From Amoebidium appalachense (lineage: Eukaryota; Protista; Ichthyosporea): a stretch of DNA of 64,000 nucleotides. The number at the start of each line of letters is the position of its first letter. The stretch's first letter is position 1. This document shows positions 1-13,092 of this stretch, one piece after another. The stretch spans positions 2,728,001 through 2,792,000 of the forward strand of contig CAVNZM010000010.1 in NCBI GenBank assembly GCA_963693365.1, read 5' to 3'. Under the pieces are notes generated by a model. It was given only the letters and a program-made list of their open reading frames with translations, was not told the origin of the DNA and made no database searches. A program made the position numbers and the translations under genes.

Positions 1-43
1 CGTGTCTGTGTGTGCGTGTGCGTGTGTGTGCCTGTGCGCCCAC

Positions 44-274
44 CTTGTTCTTGTAGTGGTTGCCCAGCAGCCTCTCCAGGGCCTTTAGTTCAGCCTCTGC
101 CTGTGCCACCAGCCTGACTGCGTCCTGGCCCTGTGTGTCACTTGCAAGGGCCCTGTAAGCCTCGGGCAGTCTCTGCTGCACGTGCTGGCCCAGGTCACGG
201 TTGCGCCGCGCTGCGTCCACGGGCCAGCGCTCAGCAACCTGCAGCAGCTGCCGGTACAGCCCAACCCCACTCAT
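44..274 (-). CDS. UQCC2: Ubiquinol-cytochrome c reductase complex assembly factor 2 (Cbp6/M19 family), exon 1; gene continues off the left edge
   Basis: Manual translation from ATG at 274: MSGVGLYRQLLQVAERWPVDAARRNRDLGQHV...LERLLGNHYKNK, followed by a GTGGGC donor. Matches UQCC2 motifs WPVDxxKRGRDLG and LxRLxSNYYKxK as recalled. Confidence 0.85.
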
Positions 275-882
275 GCTGTCACGAACCCGCTAGAAAAACG
301 CCCGTACCAGTGCGGTAATGTTTTTGCTTGCCTGTGAGCTCCGCCTACTAAACACTCAAGAGCTCTTGTGCTTTTTTCAGGCGCTGGCAGTGCATGACGG
401 ATGCATGGCACCTCGGTCATGTCGCATATGTGCCAGTAGCGAAGACTGCTAGTATCGAGTGGGTGCGCAGTGGGCCAATGGCAGGGTGCGCGGGCCAATG
501 CATTAGCGGTCCGGTCTGGACCGCCGGACCGCGGTCCGGACCTTCGCACCGGACCGGACCGTCTCAAGGCCTGCAGACCGGTTTGACCCCGGAGTAACCG
601 GCTATGACCGTCATCGACATATCGTATATCTCTCTTTTTTGGTTGGGGGAAGACGGAGAGGAGTGTGATGCCATCAATATGACTTTGCACATACACTGCA
701 TGCCACCCTGCGCATGTCCATGTCACTCTTCATTTTGCTACATGTGTGTATACACAAGGCACTGTGGCACCATCGGCTGCTTTCAGCTTCTTGTTTTGCG
801 CGTACACAATGTGGTATCGACTGTAAAGTAAGTATTTACGTGCTCTCTGAGACTCGGTTAATTCGAAGCACACAGATATGTT

Positions 883-883
<1 letters not shown>

Positions 884-960
<77 letters not shown>

Positions 961-1081
961 CGTGCGTGCGTGCGTGCGTGCGTGCGTACGTGTGTGCGTG
1001 CGTATGTGCGCGCGCGTGTGTGTGTGTGTGTGTGTGTGTGCACGTGTGTGTGTGTATGTGTATGTGTGTGTGTGTGTGTGA

Positions 1082-1150
<69 letters not shown>

Positions 1151-1343
1151 GTTGTTTTTTTTTTTTGGGGGGGGGGGGGGGGGGGAGGGGGGGGGGGGGA
1201 GGAGGGGGGGCCGGGGGCCGGGGGCCGGGGACACAACTTCTTACTTTGCAAAGACACAGTGTACATGTGGAATATCGACTGCAACTATTTACATGCTCAC
1301 TCAGTGACTTCGAAGCACACATATGATGGTGTGTGTGTGTGTG

Positions 1344-1426
<83 letters not shown>

Positions 1427-1680
1427 TACGTACATGTGTGTGTGTGTGTGTGTGTGTGTGGGCGTGTGTACACATGTACATGTGTGAGCGTATCAGTGTG
1501 CAGTGTACGTGTGTGTGTGTGCACGTGTGTTTGTTTGTGTGTGTTTTGGAGAAAGGGGGGGGCACAGAAGCACAAACACATTCACCATAAGCATGAGTGT
1601 GTTGAGTGTGTGTGTGTGTCGGGGCCCGCGCCGGGGAGGACTCCCGCGCTGAGGGGCCCCGGGGGGGGGGGGGGGGGGGC

Positions 1681-1730
<50 letters not shown>
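884..1730. repeat. (GT)n/(GTGC)n microsatellites and poly-G tracts
   Basis: Directly visible; source of the spurious CVCV/HTHT ORFs. Confidence 0.95.
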
Positions 1731-1806
1731 ATATTATACCGGATATCTAGTATGGATGTACACAGGTTGAGATATACGCACACGTGTACATGTATATATA
1801 CCACTG

Positions 1807-2295
1807 TGTTTGATCTTAGGTAGGCCAGTATGCATGTCTCCCCCCAGTCTTGTGCGCATGAGCAAGAAGTTAAACATATGTGCACGTGCAGCTTGCAGAA
1901 TTATTCATGGGAAAACAGATATAATAGTCACATGGGACCGACACGTAGTAGAGGAACCATGAGCGTTAAGTTATAGTTTTATCATGGGAAAATATGCAAG
2001 TAGCCGTGAGGTATGACTGTGGAATGCATCGATAGTCAAGTACTGTCATCCGATTGGCTCACTAAGTTTATTGGAACCGTGATAGCCATGGGACAGAACC
2101 GTGAACCGTATGTGATTGGCTCGTAGCCAAAAAGCACATACCGATGCGCATGTCTGAGCCGCTGTGCGAGCTCCGATATAAGGGCATGTCGGGGGCTTCA
2201 GAGCTCACTCAGTGTGCTCGGCTTACTAGGTGTAAGTAGGACTAGCACGTAACTAAGCAAAGCGTGGTCTAGTCAACCCCGTTCATTTATAAACA
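1807..2295 (+). mobile_element. Possible solo LTR
   Basis: TGTTT...AAACA termini, two GATTGGCTC (CCAAT) boxes and a GATATAAGG TATA-like motif. Flanks cactg/tattg differ by two C>T changes, so the TSD is imperfect. Confidence 0.4.
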
Positions 2296-3554
2296 TATTG
2301 TTTGTCACAGACACACGATCATATTATACAACAGGAGGACTCCGAGCCAGGACGGCTGCTCAGACTGGACCGGACCAAACCGAGGTCCGAGAGGGTCAGA
2401 CTGGACCGAACCGGACCGTGAGGGGGTGTCTACAATTGGCGCGGGCGACGCGGCGCCAAAAAGAGACGCAGCGAGATGTACTTTCGAAGGCTGCCAGGTA
2501 CCGGTTGGGCTGGTTAGGTTCTGCCAGTGTAGTGTGAAAACGAGAGGTGTTGTAGGCAAGAATAGGCAAGGGCTAAGCGTAGACATAGATGAAAACACCT
2601 TTTCTGCGTGGAAAACTCATCTGTTGTGCTTGCGAACTTTGGTTATTCACTGTAGTAGAAACACGTATTAAATCTCGGGATCCCACCCAACCTGCATCTG
2701 AGGACACAAGCACATGTGCAGGCACCCACCAATCTTCTTAGCAAGAAGGTTCAGCTAGGGCGAAAGAGTGGACGATAGAACTCTTCATCCCATCTTCAAA
2801 ACACGTGAGCGCCCTTGTTGCGCCTTGCAACAAAAAGATGGCCAATCAAAGCTCCAATGACGGTAGGCGTACACGGAATTTGAGCCCGTCCAGCAGATCC
2901 AAATTTAGATCTGGTGGCTAGATCTTTAGCTACTTTCAAAACAAACGCCCATCTTTTTATTATTTAGGAAGTGTGTTTTCCTAAAGAAGCAGAAACCCGT
3001 AACTCATTTGTAGTTTAAGTAACTGCCCTTCTGCATATGAAAGATCCCTCACAGATTTTTCACAAATTCCCAGCACTTCTGTGCTTCGCTAGACAAGCTG
3101 TCCTCGGATTTGTCAACGCTTTTACACCCAGAGAAAACACGATGGCGATCAAGAAGTCCAGACTTAATGGCTGAGCACGTCTACCTCCACAGACACGCCA
3201 ATGTTTCAGAACATCTACCCCAGCCTCGACGAACCACACTATCCAGATCTGGAGCAGTACCTTGTGGAGCACCATGCTGAAGGTAGCAACCACAAACTTG
3301 GGTAGCCTAGCGGCTGATGGGCATGTGATAGTATGTTTGACAGGTATTCTGTTTCCTAGATCTGGATGGTGATGCACGTAGAAAAATGCCAGCAATTACT
3401 TGAGATGCGTGTGTTGGATAGGAAACAAACCCACAGATATTGCTGTTTCCATTGGGCTGAGACATCACTGCATCTTGGGCTGACATGTGCAAATTGAGAG
3501 CACTTTTGGGGTGTCTCTATACCACGTGTGCTCACTGACTGTTTCCTGAGCAGC

Positions 3555-3930
3555 AACACCGCATCACGTGTCATGGGGGACAACCAGCACGGACGGCCTG
3601 CTTGCAGGTGGGTGGTGCTTTTGCTTGGCTGCTCATGTTTTCTGGACTGGAATGCACGCAAGGCTCACGACGGTACCTGTCACTGTACTGTGACCACACA
3701 AGAATATGCAGAACTACATACACCACCTGCAAGTGTTATACTTCTGGCTTGCACTGACTGTACGTGCCATACTCAACTGCACTTGCTTCCAGAAGTCAAG
3801 GGTACTCACTACTGATGCCCCCGGCCCCTCCCCCTTCCCAGGAGGTCACACAGTTCCACACACACACATGCACACACACACACACGTGTGTGTGCACTCG
3901 CACACACACATACGCTACGCGCACGTACAC

Positions 3931-3980
<50 letters not shown>

Positions 3981-4349
3981 GCACGGACACACACATACAC
4001 ACACGCACACGCACACACCACGCACGCGTACACACACTCGCACACACACACATGCGCATATGTATGCGCGAGCGCACACATGCGTGTGCGCGCGCACACA
4101 CACACACGCACGCACATGCGCATGCGCACACATGCAAACAGACCATCATGCTCTAGACCCCTCCCCCCCCCCCCCCAAAAAAAAAAAAAAACAAAAAGAA
4201 AAATAAAATGAAAAAAGAACATCCACACACACCACACACACAACCATCAATTACTATCACATGCTGGCGTGCTACCCCAAAACAATAATAGAAAAATATA
4301 TGTGACAAGGTCTTCTTTCAGTGCGATGTCGCTGAGTGCCATCTCCCCT

Positions 4350-4381
<32 letters not shown>

Positions 4382-6129
4382 TCCCTCCCTCCCCTCGCGG
4401 GGGCTGTACTCTTGATGCAAACTCCGTTTGTGTGCCAAAGACTTCTTTCAAAGCCTTCTTTCTGCAAAGTCTGCATTGTGTTGTCCGTTGTAAAAGTGCA
4501 CTACATACTCTCTATAAACCCAACACCCCCTCTCTCTCTCCTCGCCTTCCCCCACTCCCTCCTCACACTTTCCCATTCCCAACACAACAGAGCACTCAGG
4601 CACGCTAGAGGTGCCCACGAGTGGGCCTGTGCACAGCAAGCACACGAAGCAGGGGTCAGTGGCCAGCGAGCCTGGTGTCAGCTCACCAGGCCAGCCGGTC
4701 AGGCGCATAGTGTCGTGGGCACCAGCAAACTTCCCCCAGGTCGACGAAGACACCGTGGCCCCCTTCCCGCCCGTGCTGTCCGGCCAGCAGCCCCCTGCCA
4801 TGCGAAAGAGGGGGGTGTCGGTGGGCACCCAGTCGGCACGGTCACGGGGGGACTCGGTCAGCAGCAGGGTGCTGGGCTCAAAGCTCACGGCATCCCTGGG
4901 TGATGGCTCCACTATTGCTGATGCCCCAGAGCCCTGGCCCGCTGCACGGTATGTGCAATCTGCTTATAAACAAACCACGTGTATTCCTCTGTTAGGTGCT
5001 CCATTCGCACCTAAATGAACTGCGTAAAGCACCACTACATATTCCTATGTATTCCTATGATGGGCACGGAGAGAGTGTCGTACGGTGACCCTAGTTTTGT
5101 CTGACTCAGACAGATGGCAGTGGGGTGTTTTGGTTACCGAAGACTACACAGTCTAACAGCACATTGCGTCGCAGGTTCTTCTATCCCGAATGCAGCCGGG
5201 AGGCAGCCGATGAGATGCTTATCGGGCAGGACGTGGGCACGTTTATGCTGCGCCACTCATCCAGCACAGGCCACGTGTCCCTGTCCATCAGGTACGTGCA
5301 CACACTTGCACAGCACATCACTGCCAGTGCTCGTGTTCCTACTGCTGTACGGTGGCTTGCGAGTGTGCTTGGCGGGTTGGTGGGTGGTTGCTAAGCACGA
5401 ATGGTTGTGGGCGCAGGATGCCGCGGTACGTCAAGCACTATCTGCTGGTGGGCAAGCTGGACCGGCTGCACCTGGCCGGCAAGCAGGAGTGCTTCAGCTC
5501 CATCACCGACCTGGTCGACTTCTACTTTGCCCATCCCATATCCGGGTACATGCCTGAACGCTGTCTGCGTCGTGTTTATAGGAAAAGAGGCGTGTGGGAA
5601 CACCTCAACCAGGCACTAATACTCATCTATCCCTTTTGCAGGAACGGCATGAAGCTGCAATGCCCCATGAACTACACTGTGCGAGGTATGAATCCCCCCC
5701 CCCCTCCCTCCCCCCCCCCCCCTTGGGGAAAAAGAAAAAAAAAACCCCCCATCTTTGCACCAGGTCTAATTCATTTCTGCACCGTTTGAAAATGTATTTA
5801 ACGAGTATGGATACTCGGAGTGCATGTAGCCTGTGCCCTGCAGGACAGTCATATATTGCTGGGTGCTGTTGGATGATTTACAATGAGAAGCATCGTGTTT
5901 ATATGTATACGATTTTTTCGTGCGCGCGCACGTGTTGTGTGTGGTTGTTGTGTGTATGTGACCAAGTGTGTTTTGTGTGTGTGCGTGCGTGTGTATGTGT
6001 CTGTGTCTGTGTGTGTGTGGGTGGGGGGGGGGGGGGGGGGGGGGTTGCATTTCCTTCTCGCCTACGCTCGGCACCATGCTCTTCAACGGTTGCACATGGT
6101 TGTATCTCCCTTTGCGTATCATCCCCCCC

Positions 6130-6160
<31 letters not shown>

Positions 6161-6556
6161 AAAAAAAAAAAAGAAAAAACATACAGTACGCACGCACGCA
6201 CACACGCATGGGCGCGCGTGTGCACGCCAAACATCGTCCATACACACCCACAAAGCAGTGCTTCCCATTATGCCTCCAAATATATTATTCCATGGGTATC
6301 GAGGTCAAACAATATTGTGTTTGTGGTAGGCGGAATATGTGCAGATGGTGTGCCAACACTGGTTTTGAAATTTGTCGTGAACTCTCTCGTGTAGCCACAA
6401 CTGGATGGATGCTGTTGTAATTTATTTACGCATGGTTGTGGTGCAGACGTGGAGGCCAAGCCGCCTCCGCTCAAGAAGCAGCAGTGGGGCAAGAACATGA
6501 AATGCCCCGGCCGGGGCCTCGAGAACTACTACTTCCTGGGCAGGCACAGCGACTGA
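3555..6556 (+). CDS. Multi-exon SH2-domain protein (small adaptor); 5' end not resolved
   Basis: Exons ~4600-4948, ~5175-5291, ~5418-5545, ~5642-5686 and 6447-6556 splice in frame to ...FFYPECSREAADEMLIGQDVGTFMLRHSSSTGHVSLSIRMPRYVKHYLL...FSSITDLVDFYFAHPISGNGMKLQCP...ENYYFLGRHSD*. This includes the SH2 FLxR-S motif and VKHY strand. Upstream small exons (3555-3845) are tentative. Confidence 0.8.
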
Positions 6557-6635
6557 AAGGCAACTGTGTCAGCCCATTCCTGTCTGCAGCACATAGACAC
6601 GTACACCGTTGCGAATGATATGTATGAACTATAGG

Positions 6636-6770
6636 GGGTGACTGAAGTTTAGATCATGGGTACTTCGAAAATAGGTTGTACTTATCTTAATTTTCGGAGA
6701 CCATAGGAGGCGGCATGCAACATTCTTGAAATATCCCGTCAGTTGGGGGAGGGGGGTAGAGGGAGAGGAA

Positions 6771-6802
<32 letters not shown>

Positions 6803-6901
6803 CTTAAAAATCCACCACTTCGTTAGTAAGGTCTTTCATCTTAATTCTTCGAAAAAAATGTTCTATTTATCTTAGCTTTGTCATCTCAACTTCGGTCACC
6901 C
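6636..6901. mobile_element. MITE with 19-bp terminal inverted repeats
   Basis: GGGTGACTGAAGTTTAGAT (6636-6654) vs reverse complement of 6883-6901, GGGTGACCGAAGTTGAGAT (17/19 match). Non-coding interior with a poly-G run. Confidence 0.65.
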
Positions 6902-7899
6902 ATACAGGCCCATAGGCTACATACATAGTTGCTGCCACACTGAATGCCGTGACTGTGAGGAGCGTACAATTTCCACCCACCAGTGTAGTGATGCCTTTTC
7001 GTCTAGCAAATTGTTGACGACTACTAAGCCTGTGAAAGGCATAATTACATCATGTTCGAATGTGCAGGCCTGCTGTTACTATGTAGTTGGAAGGTCTGAT
7101 GTTGCGAATGCTTTTTTGTTGTTGCTGCACACATCCACACGGGCACCAATGGCATGGCATATCGGTATGCAGAGACTTTGTGGTGGTATTACAGTCTGAG
7201 ATTCAGACAGCTGTAGCTGATCCATGTAATAGCAACACGTGCATGTGCACTATTCAAGTTACCAACATCAATACCATTTGAGCATGGGATATTTACCAGA
7301 CGTCTAGCCTAATGCTGAGCGCTATCACTGTGTGGCCATGGTCATGGAGAGATACATTTAGGTACGGAACGAGTGCACTCGAGGCTCCCCCCTCCCCAAC
7401 CACCACCAGCACCACCACCACAGACACACACATGCACACCACCATGCATATGGCCACCATGGCCGTGGACCACCCATATACTACAATGGCTAGGGCCACT
7501 AGCTATAGCTTCGGGCACTACGTCCACCACCACCGCCACCACAGCCAAAATAACAATTATTAAACAAGTTTGTGAAGGAAGTGTATCAGTGTCTTCGTTG
7601 TGCATCTTCTGAATACTCCCTGTTGGCCTACGTCTCTCATGATATAATAAGGACAATACAGTACAGAATCTTTGTCAGGGCCTGCTTTTTTAGAAGCGGG
7701 CGGGGCGGTAGCTGAGGTCTTAATCGCGGATTTACCGATATGGTGGTAGGCTGTGATTGGCTGATTGTGCACCACTTGGAAACCCCCGAAACCTCCTCCT
7801 CCTTACGGACACACAAACCCAAGGGCCGGCCAACAAGACGCCTTGCACTCGGTGCCACTGATTTTCACACACCTGTGAACGTGGACAACGGATTTGGGC

Positions 7900-10800
7900 T
7901 TTCAATTTAACCACTACAATACATGCTGTTCAAGCAGTTGAGCCTGCCGCCCTGTCAGTGTCATCCAAGTTGTTGGGTAATAAATTATTTTGGAATTCGA
8001 ATTTCTGACAGTCGGACTTTGATTTCTCGGTTTCTATAGAGTTTCTTTCTAATGTTTTTACTTTTGTATATTACCCACCATCTATGTCGGTTGTCGAATT
8101 GACTCACGAGTTGTCACAGTTACCAATGTCCACTGTTATTTTAGGTGATTTTAACACGCGACTCCACCACACAGACACACTGCAAGTGAGTGTCGGGTAC
8201 CCATCTAAGCCCCCGGAGCGTGCTATCCCTTTAGCAAGGTATGTCCAAAGTCACACTTTGCGGTTCCCTCAAATATCCCATGCCCACAACACCGACTGGG
8301 GAGTGGCCTTTTGGCCATCAACCATGTCAAAACTCTCTCTCCCTCCTAACCTCTCTAGGTCATCTGACCACTCTCCTATCCTTTTCCTACCTAAGATCTC
8401 CCTTGATCTGCTCCCCCCTCCCCCTCCCACCTTTCGCCTCCGTCTATCCCAGCTTAAGTCACAGTGGGGTAGAGTTGATGTATGTGTATGCTATGCTACG
8501 AAACACCCTATATATATGCGCCTATTAGAATCTGCACAAGCCAGGCCAGATTCACATCTCGTACTAGATACATGCACTAACTTTATTGTTGATGATTTGA
8601 TAGATCTCGGTGATTATGCTGGCGGTGGTAGGAAGGAATATCCCGATGCTCTCTTGTTACCAAACACCACTCCCGCTAGACTAGGTGAACCCCTGTCTCA
8701 AAAGGAAAGCTTGCGCCGGCTTGCTAGTATGAATCGATTTGGCCCCCCTGCTCGTATTATTGGTGATACCACTGGAGACCCCCTCATAGACTCTGATAAG
8801 TATTTCTCGGAACTGTTTAAAGATAGGACCCCCGCTCAGAAACCTATTGTGTGGCCTGTAGACCCATCTATCCCCATAGAATCGATCCTCCCCTTTTTCA
8901 GTCCCGATGCCATATGGTCTGTGATATCTAGTTATAGCTCTAGTAAGTCTTGTGGACCTGATGGACTCCCTGCTGGGTTTCTTAAAATCCTTGTTCCCTC
9001 CTACCCACAAAAGGAAAGTGATCGTGCAATTAAACCTGATCTTACTATCATGTTAAGCTCTCTCTTTTCTTGGTGTGTTAAATGTGGACATGTCCCGTCA
9101 TCTTGGTTAGATACCTTAGTGATCCCCATAGTTAAGAAGGACTCTGAGGGCCCCATATCATCCTTTCGCCCCATTACACTAACCCAGGTTGTTCGTAGAT
9201 TCTTTGAAGCTTGCTTACTTAGGTTATTTGCACATCACCCTAGGTTTCAATCTATTCTTCACATACACCCATGCCAATCCGCTTTTCGTAAAAACAATTC
9301 ATGTTATGTTCAAATAATGGCACTGCACGATTCTATGCAAGTTGGTGCACAATATGTTGGCTTTATTGATTGGAAAACTGCTTACGATTCTGTCTCCCCT
9401 GGTCTCCTATGGGAAAAGCTTGCTGCACGGGGTGTACCACACTGCATTGGTGTTCTGTTAGAAGCACTCTTGTCTCAAACCTATGGTAGAGCTGTGGTTA
9501 ATGGGCATCTTTCATATGGTTTTGCTCGTACTAGAGGTCTCTTGCAGGGTTCATTGCTTAGCCCCTTTTTGTTTAACCTATTTATAGATGATTTGGCTGT
9601 CAAGATTTACGCCGAAAACGATGACCCTATTAATAACTTTCCGCCTGCACTTCTCTATGCTGATGATCTGTCCCTCCTTGCCCGTACCCCTAGACGCCTG
9701 CAAAGATTGTTCGATGTAGTGTCAGAGTGGTGCAAGGCAAACCTTATGATCCTTAACATAGACAAATGTGGTGTTCTTGTACCTGATATAGCTAACAATT
9801 TACACACATTTACATTATCATCTAAACCTGTACCTATAGTTCCAGAATACAAATATCTTGGTGTTCCGGTTGATTCTGTTGGTGTTATGTTTCCCCATAT
9901 GGTCGAAAAGAGGGTAGAGTTGGCTCGTAAGCGGTTAGCTTTCTTCTCGGCTAATATTTTTAAAGACACACCCCTCCATCCTTCTATTAGACTTACATTT
10001 ATTCGCACTTTTGTCTTCCCGGCATGTGAATATGGTTTACCCCCTTCTCGCCGCTTGGATCAAGAAAGAGAGAACTAGAGCGCTTAAACCCTTGGCAAAT
10101 TTCCTTGAAGCAGAAGTTGCCTCCTTTCTATCTAACAACTGTTGTAAACCTGGGCCTGTAACGCTCTCGATATATGGTCTGGTCCCAATAGCTGCTAGAG
10201 TATCCTATCTCGCGCTGAAATTCAATAAGCACATAAGCCGCTTAAAGAAGTATTTGCCCTCCCACCCTCTCTTCTCTATCCGACCTGTCCCCTCCTCACC
10301 TCTCCCCTCTTTCCTCCCCTCTCTCTCCCCTTCTCCCCTGGGCACAAATACAAATAAACCCCGCAATAGTGTGTGTGTGACTTTGGACTGCCACTTACTT
10401 ATTAAACATGTACACAATCACAAGATAATCACGCAATATAACAAATGGAAAAAGATACCACACGACACTAGACCCGATGAAAGCATACACCTTGAAAAAC
10501 TAAGCCTTATGTCTCGTTTTATATATACTGACCGCCTCAACCATATTGCCAAATATGGCACTCGCAAGTGTATAACACCTAAATACATATTACCTTCCTG
10601 TAGAACTGGTCTTTCTCTAGCTGATGGTATTATTGATCAATTACCACGCTTTTACTGTACACGTGCTATACAGTGGAGATCTAATAAGTATAAGGTGGCA
10701 TCATTTGCATGCCCAAACAACACACACACACACCAGTTTAACCGGTCATGTATCGCCAAATGTAGTTTGATAGACCACATAATACCGCAACACACACACG

Positions 10801-10960
10801 TCACATTCACAACAGACACCCAGAAAGATAGCCTACCTGTAAATTACAACATCCTTGATTTTATACTAAACACGCGTAACTACGACCTGTTTATTAGATG
10901 TATTGATTGGCTTGAGAAACACATCACTACAAAATTATAGCGCACGCGCACACACACACA

Positions 10961-10993
<33 letters not shown>

Positions 10994-11025
10994 CCAGCTG
11001 ATACCGAGTGTCCCGAGGGGAGCCC

Positions 11026-11065
<40 letters not shown>
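7900..11065 (+). mobile_element. Non-LTR retrotransposon (LINE), APE endonuclease + reverse transcriptase, decayed; 5' boundary approximate
   Basis: APE motifs VYYPP, ILGDFN and SDH; RT motifs KSCGPDG, FRPITL, QSAFR, DWKTAYD, GLLQGSLLSP, LYADD and YKYLG. In-frame TGA at 8006, frameshift near 10010-10078, (CA)n after the stop and poly(A) at 11030-11065. Confidence 0.92.
8084..10940 (+). pseudogene. LINE ORF2 (EN-RT plus Cys/His C-terminal region), frameshifted
   Basis: ORF-track 8084..10078 and 10011..10940 overlap in different frames; C-terminal CPNNTHTHQFNRSCIAKC. Confidence 0.85.
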
Positions 11066-11066
<1 letters not shown>

Positions 11067-11712
11067 GGGGAACCCCAACTAATTGATTTCTCCTTGTAGT
11101 CTTTATGGTGTCTCGTAGAGAAAGTAAACCCTGATATATAGTCACCACCCGACATCTATGTACGTGATCATGATATACCGCTGAGGGGATATTCCGAGCA
11201 AAACCCCCCCCCCCATACCTGAGACTGGTTCTCTTTGCCTCGAGTAAACAGCGTAAACCCCACTTTGATTTGAGTCTAGGCTAAGAGAAAAAAGCAAGCC
11301 CCATGCAAGCCCCCCCGTTACGGAGTATCACGGCGTTCCAGTACATAGGCCAGCGGATCTGCCTGCCGTATACGTAAGTGCCAGAAAAAAGGGAGAGAGA
11401 GCAAAAAAAGGAACAGCGCCGAGCCCTGACTAAATAGCTTTCACACTGAATCCCACAGGGTGTTTGTTAACGTAGAGGGCAGGGCTAGCAGGCGCTCAGC
11501 AATAGGCAGCGCCTTTAGCTGCGTGTTAAAGAGGGTAGCACCACAGGCACAGTCTCACAAACTGGGCACCAGGGCAGACTGGCCCACACGCACACACCGG
11601 ATCTGGTGCAGAGGCAGGCAGACTGGCGTGGTGGGGGGAGTCCGGGCGCGACGACACTGAGGGTGCGCCGTTGCTGAGCTCGTGGTCGGCCAGCAGCAGC
11701 TCGCTGCCGGAT

Positions 11713-12319
11713 ATGGACGACCGCCACGGCGCAATACCCCTCCAGGTCTCCCCCAGGGTGCGTGCGCCGCGGTGCCTGTGTGTGCCTGTGCGTAGGCTGT
11801 GCGTGCATATGCGTGCCTGTGTCTGGCTGTTTCTGGCTGTGTATGCCTGTGTGTGGTTGTGTGGCCCTGTGAGTGCCTTTGTGTGTATGCATGGGGCCAT
11901 GTGTGTCTAAGCGTCCTCTGCAAGGGCCTGTGTGTGCCAGCAGTCAGTGCGTTGGTGGCCTTGGCACGAAATGGCTGGCACTGATTGGCTGGTAGGTGCA
12001 GAGTCCAGTGGAAGGGCCAGGCAAGGCCAAGGACCCCACGGCACAAGCGGAGGAGGAGGCGCGCCAGTGTGAGGAGTATAAGCGTGCACTCTATGGCAAC
12101 TATGTGCGTAACAGACGGGCTGGGGTTATCTCATAGGGGTATAGGGGTTTCAGGATCTGCTTGGTGTTCTGGATGCTAGCCACTTACTAGTGCGCCGTTC
12201 ATATTCAGTGAGAGGAAGCATTACACACACACCCGCACTCATCAGTGAACTTGCAGGCAGACACACCCACCCACCACAAACAGACACACACACACACACC
12301 CAGGCGCGTGTGCGCGCAG

Positions 12320-12403
<84 letters not shown>

Positions 12404-13027
12404 ACATCACACACACAAACGCACGCGTGCCGGGACACACACACACACACATACGGGCACACACACATTTTCAAGGAAAACCATGAAACAGCACACAAGG
12501 ATGTGCACGCACATCATAGATTCTTCCCCTTCCCCTCAGGCACACGTTCGCAAGCATGCACACGCGCGCCCACCCACACACCCTGCACACACACACAGGC
12601 AGGTGTGTACACACATCTGCACACATGTACGGTTGTGTGCACACACACAGTTGCACCTTGCACAAGACACAAACATGCAGGCACAGATCCGCGAACAAGC
12701 ACTTGTACAAACACCGAAGCAAAGTGCACCTGTATGCGCATACACAAGTGCACACATGGACACTCACACATACACACTCCTTGCCTCTGATGTGCTGATA
12801 CACGCAAAAGCACGGCAATCCTCACGTCATTTCGCATGAAATCTAAGTATACGTGTGCACACGCAAACGAACAAATGTACACACATACACGCAAACATGC
12901 CCCCCCCCCCCCCCCCCCCCCCCACACACACACACGCACACACATGCACACACGCACACGCACACGCGCACACGTGCGACGTGCGCGCGCGCATACACAC
13001 ACACACACACACGCACGCACACACGCA

Positions 13028-13092
<65 letters not shown>

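Noticed and set aside
714-1885. ORFs rich in CV/HT/G/P repeats here and throughout the window
   Set aside because: They are translations of (GT)n/(CA)n and homopolymer tracts that lack stop codons, not genes.
3060-3395. 111-aa minus-strand ORF as a hAT dimerisation-domain remnant
   Set aside because: Only VDVLKHW resembles it; the ERxFS motif is absent.
10995-11150. Hammerhead/HDV ribozyme near the LINE end
   Set aside because: No CUGANGA...GAAA core with matching stems could be found by eye.
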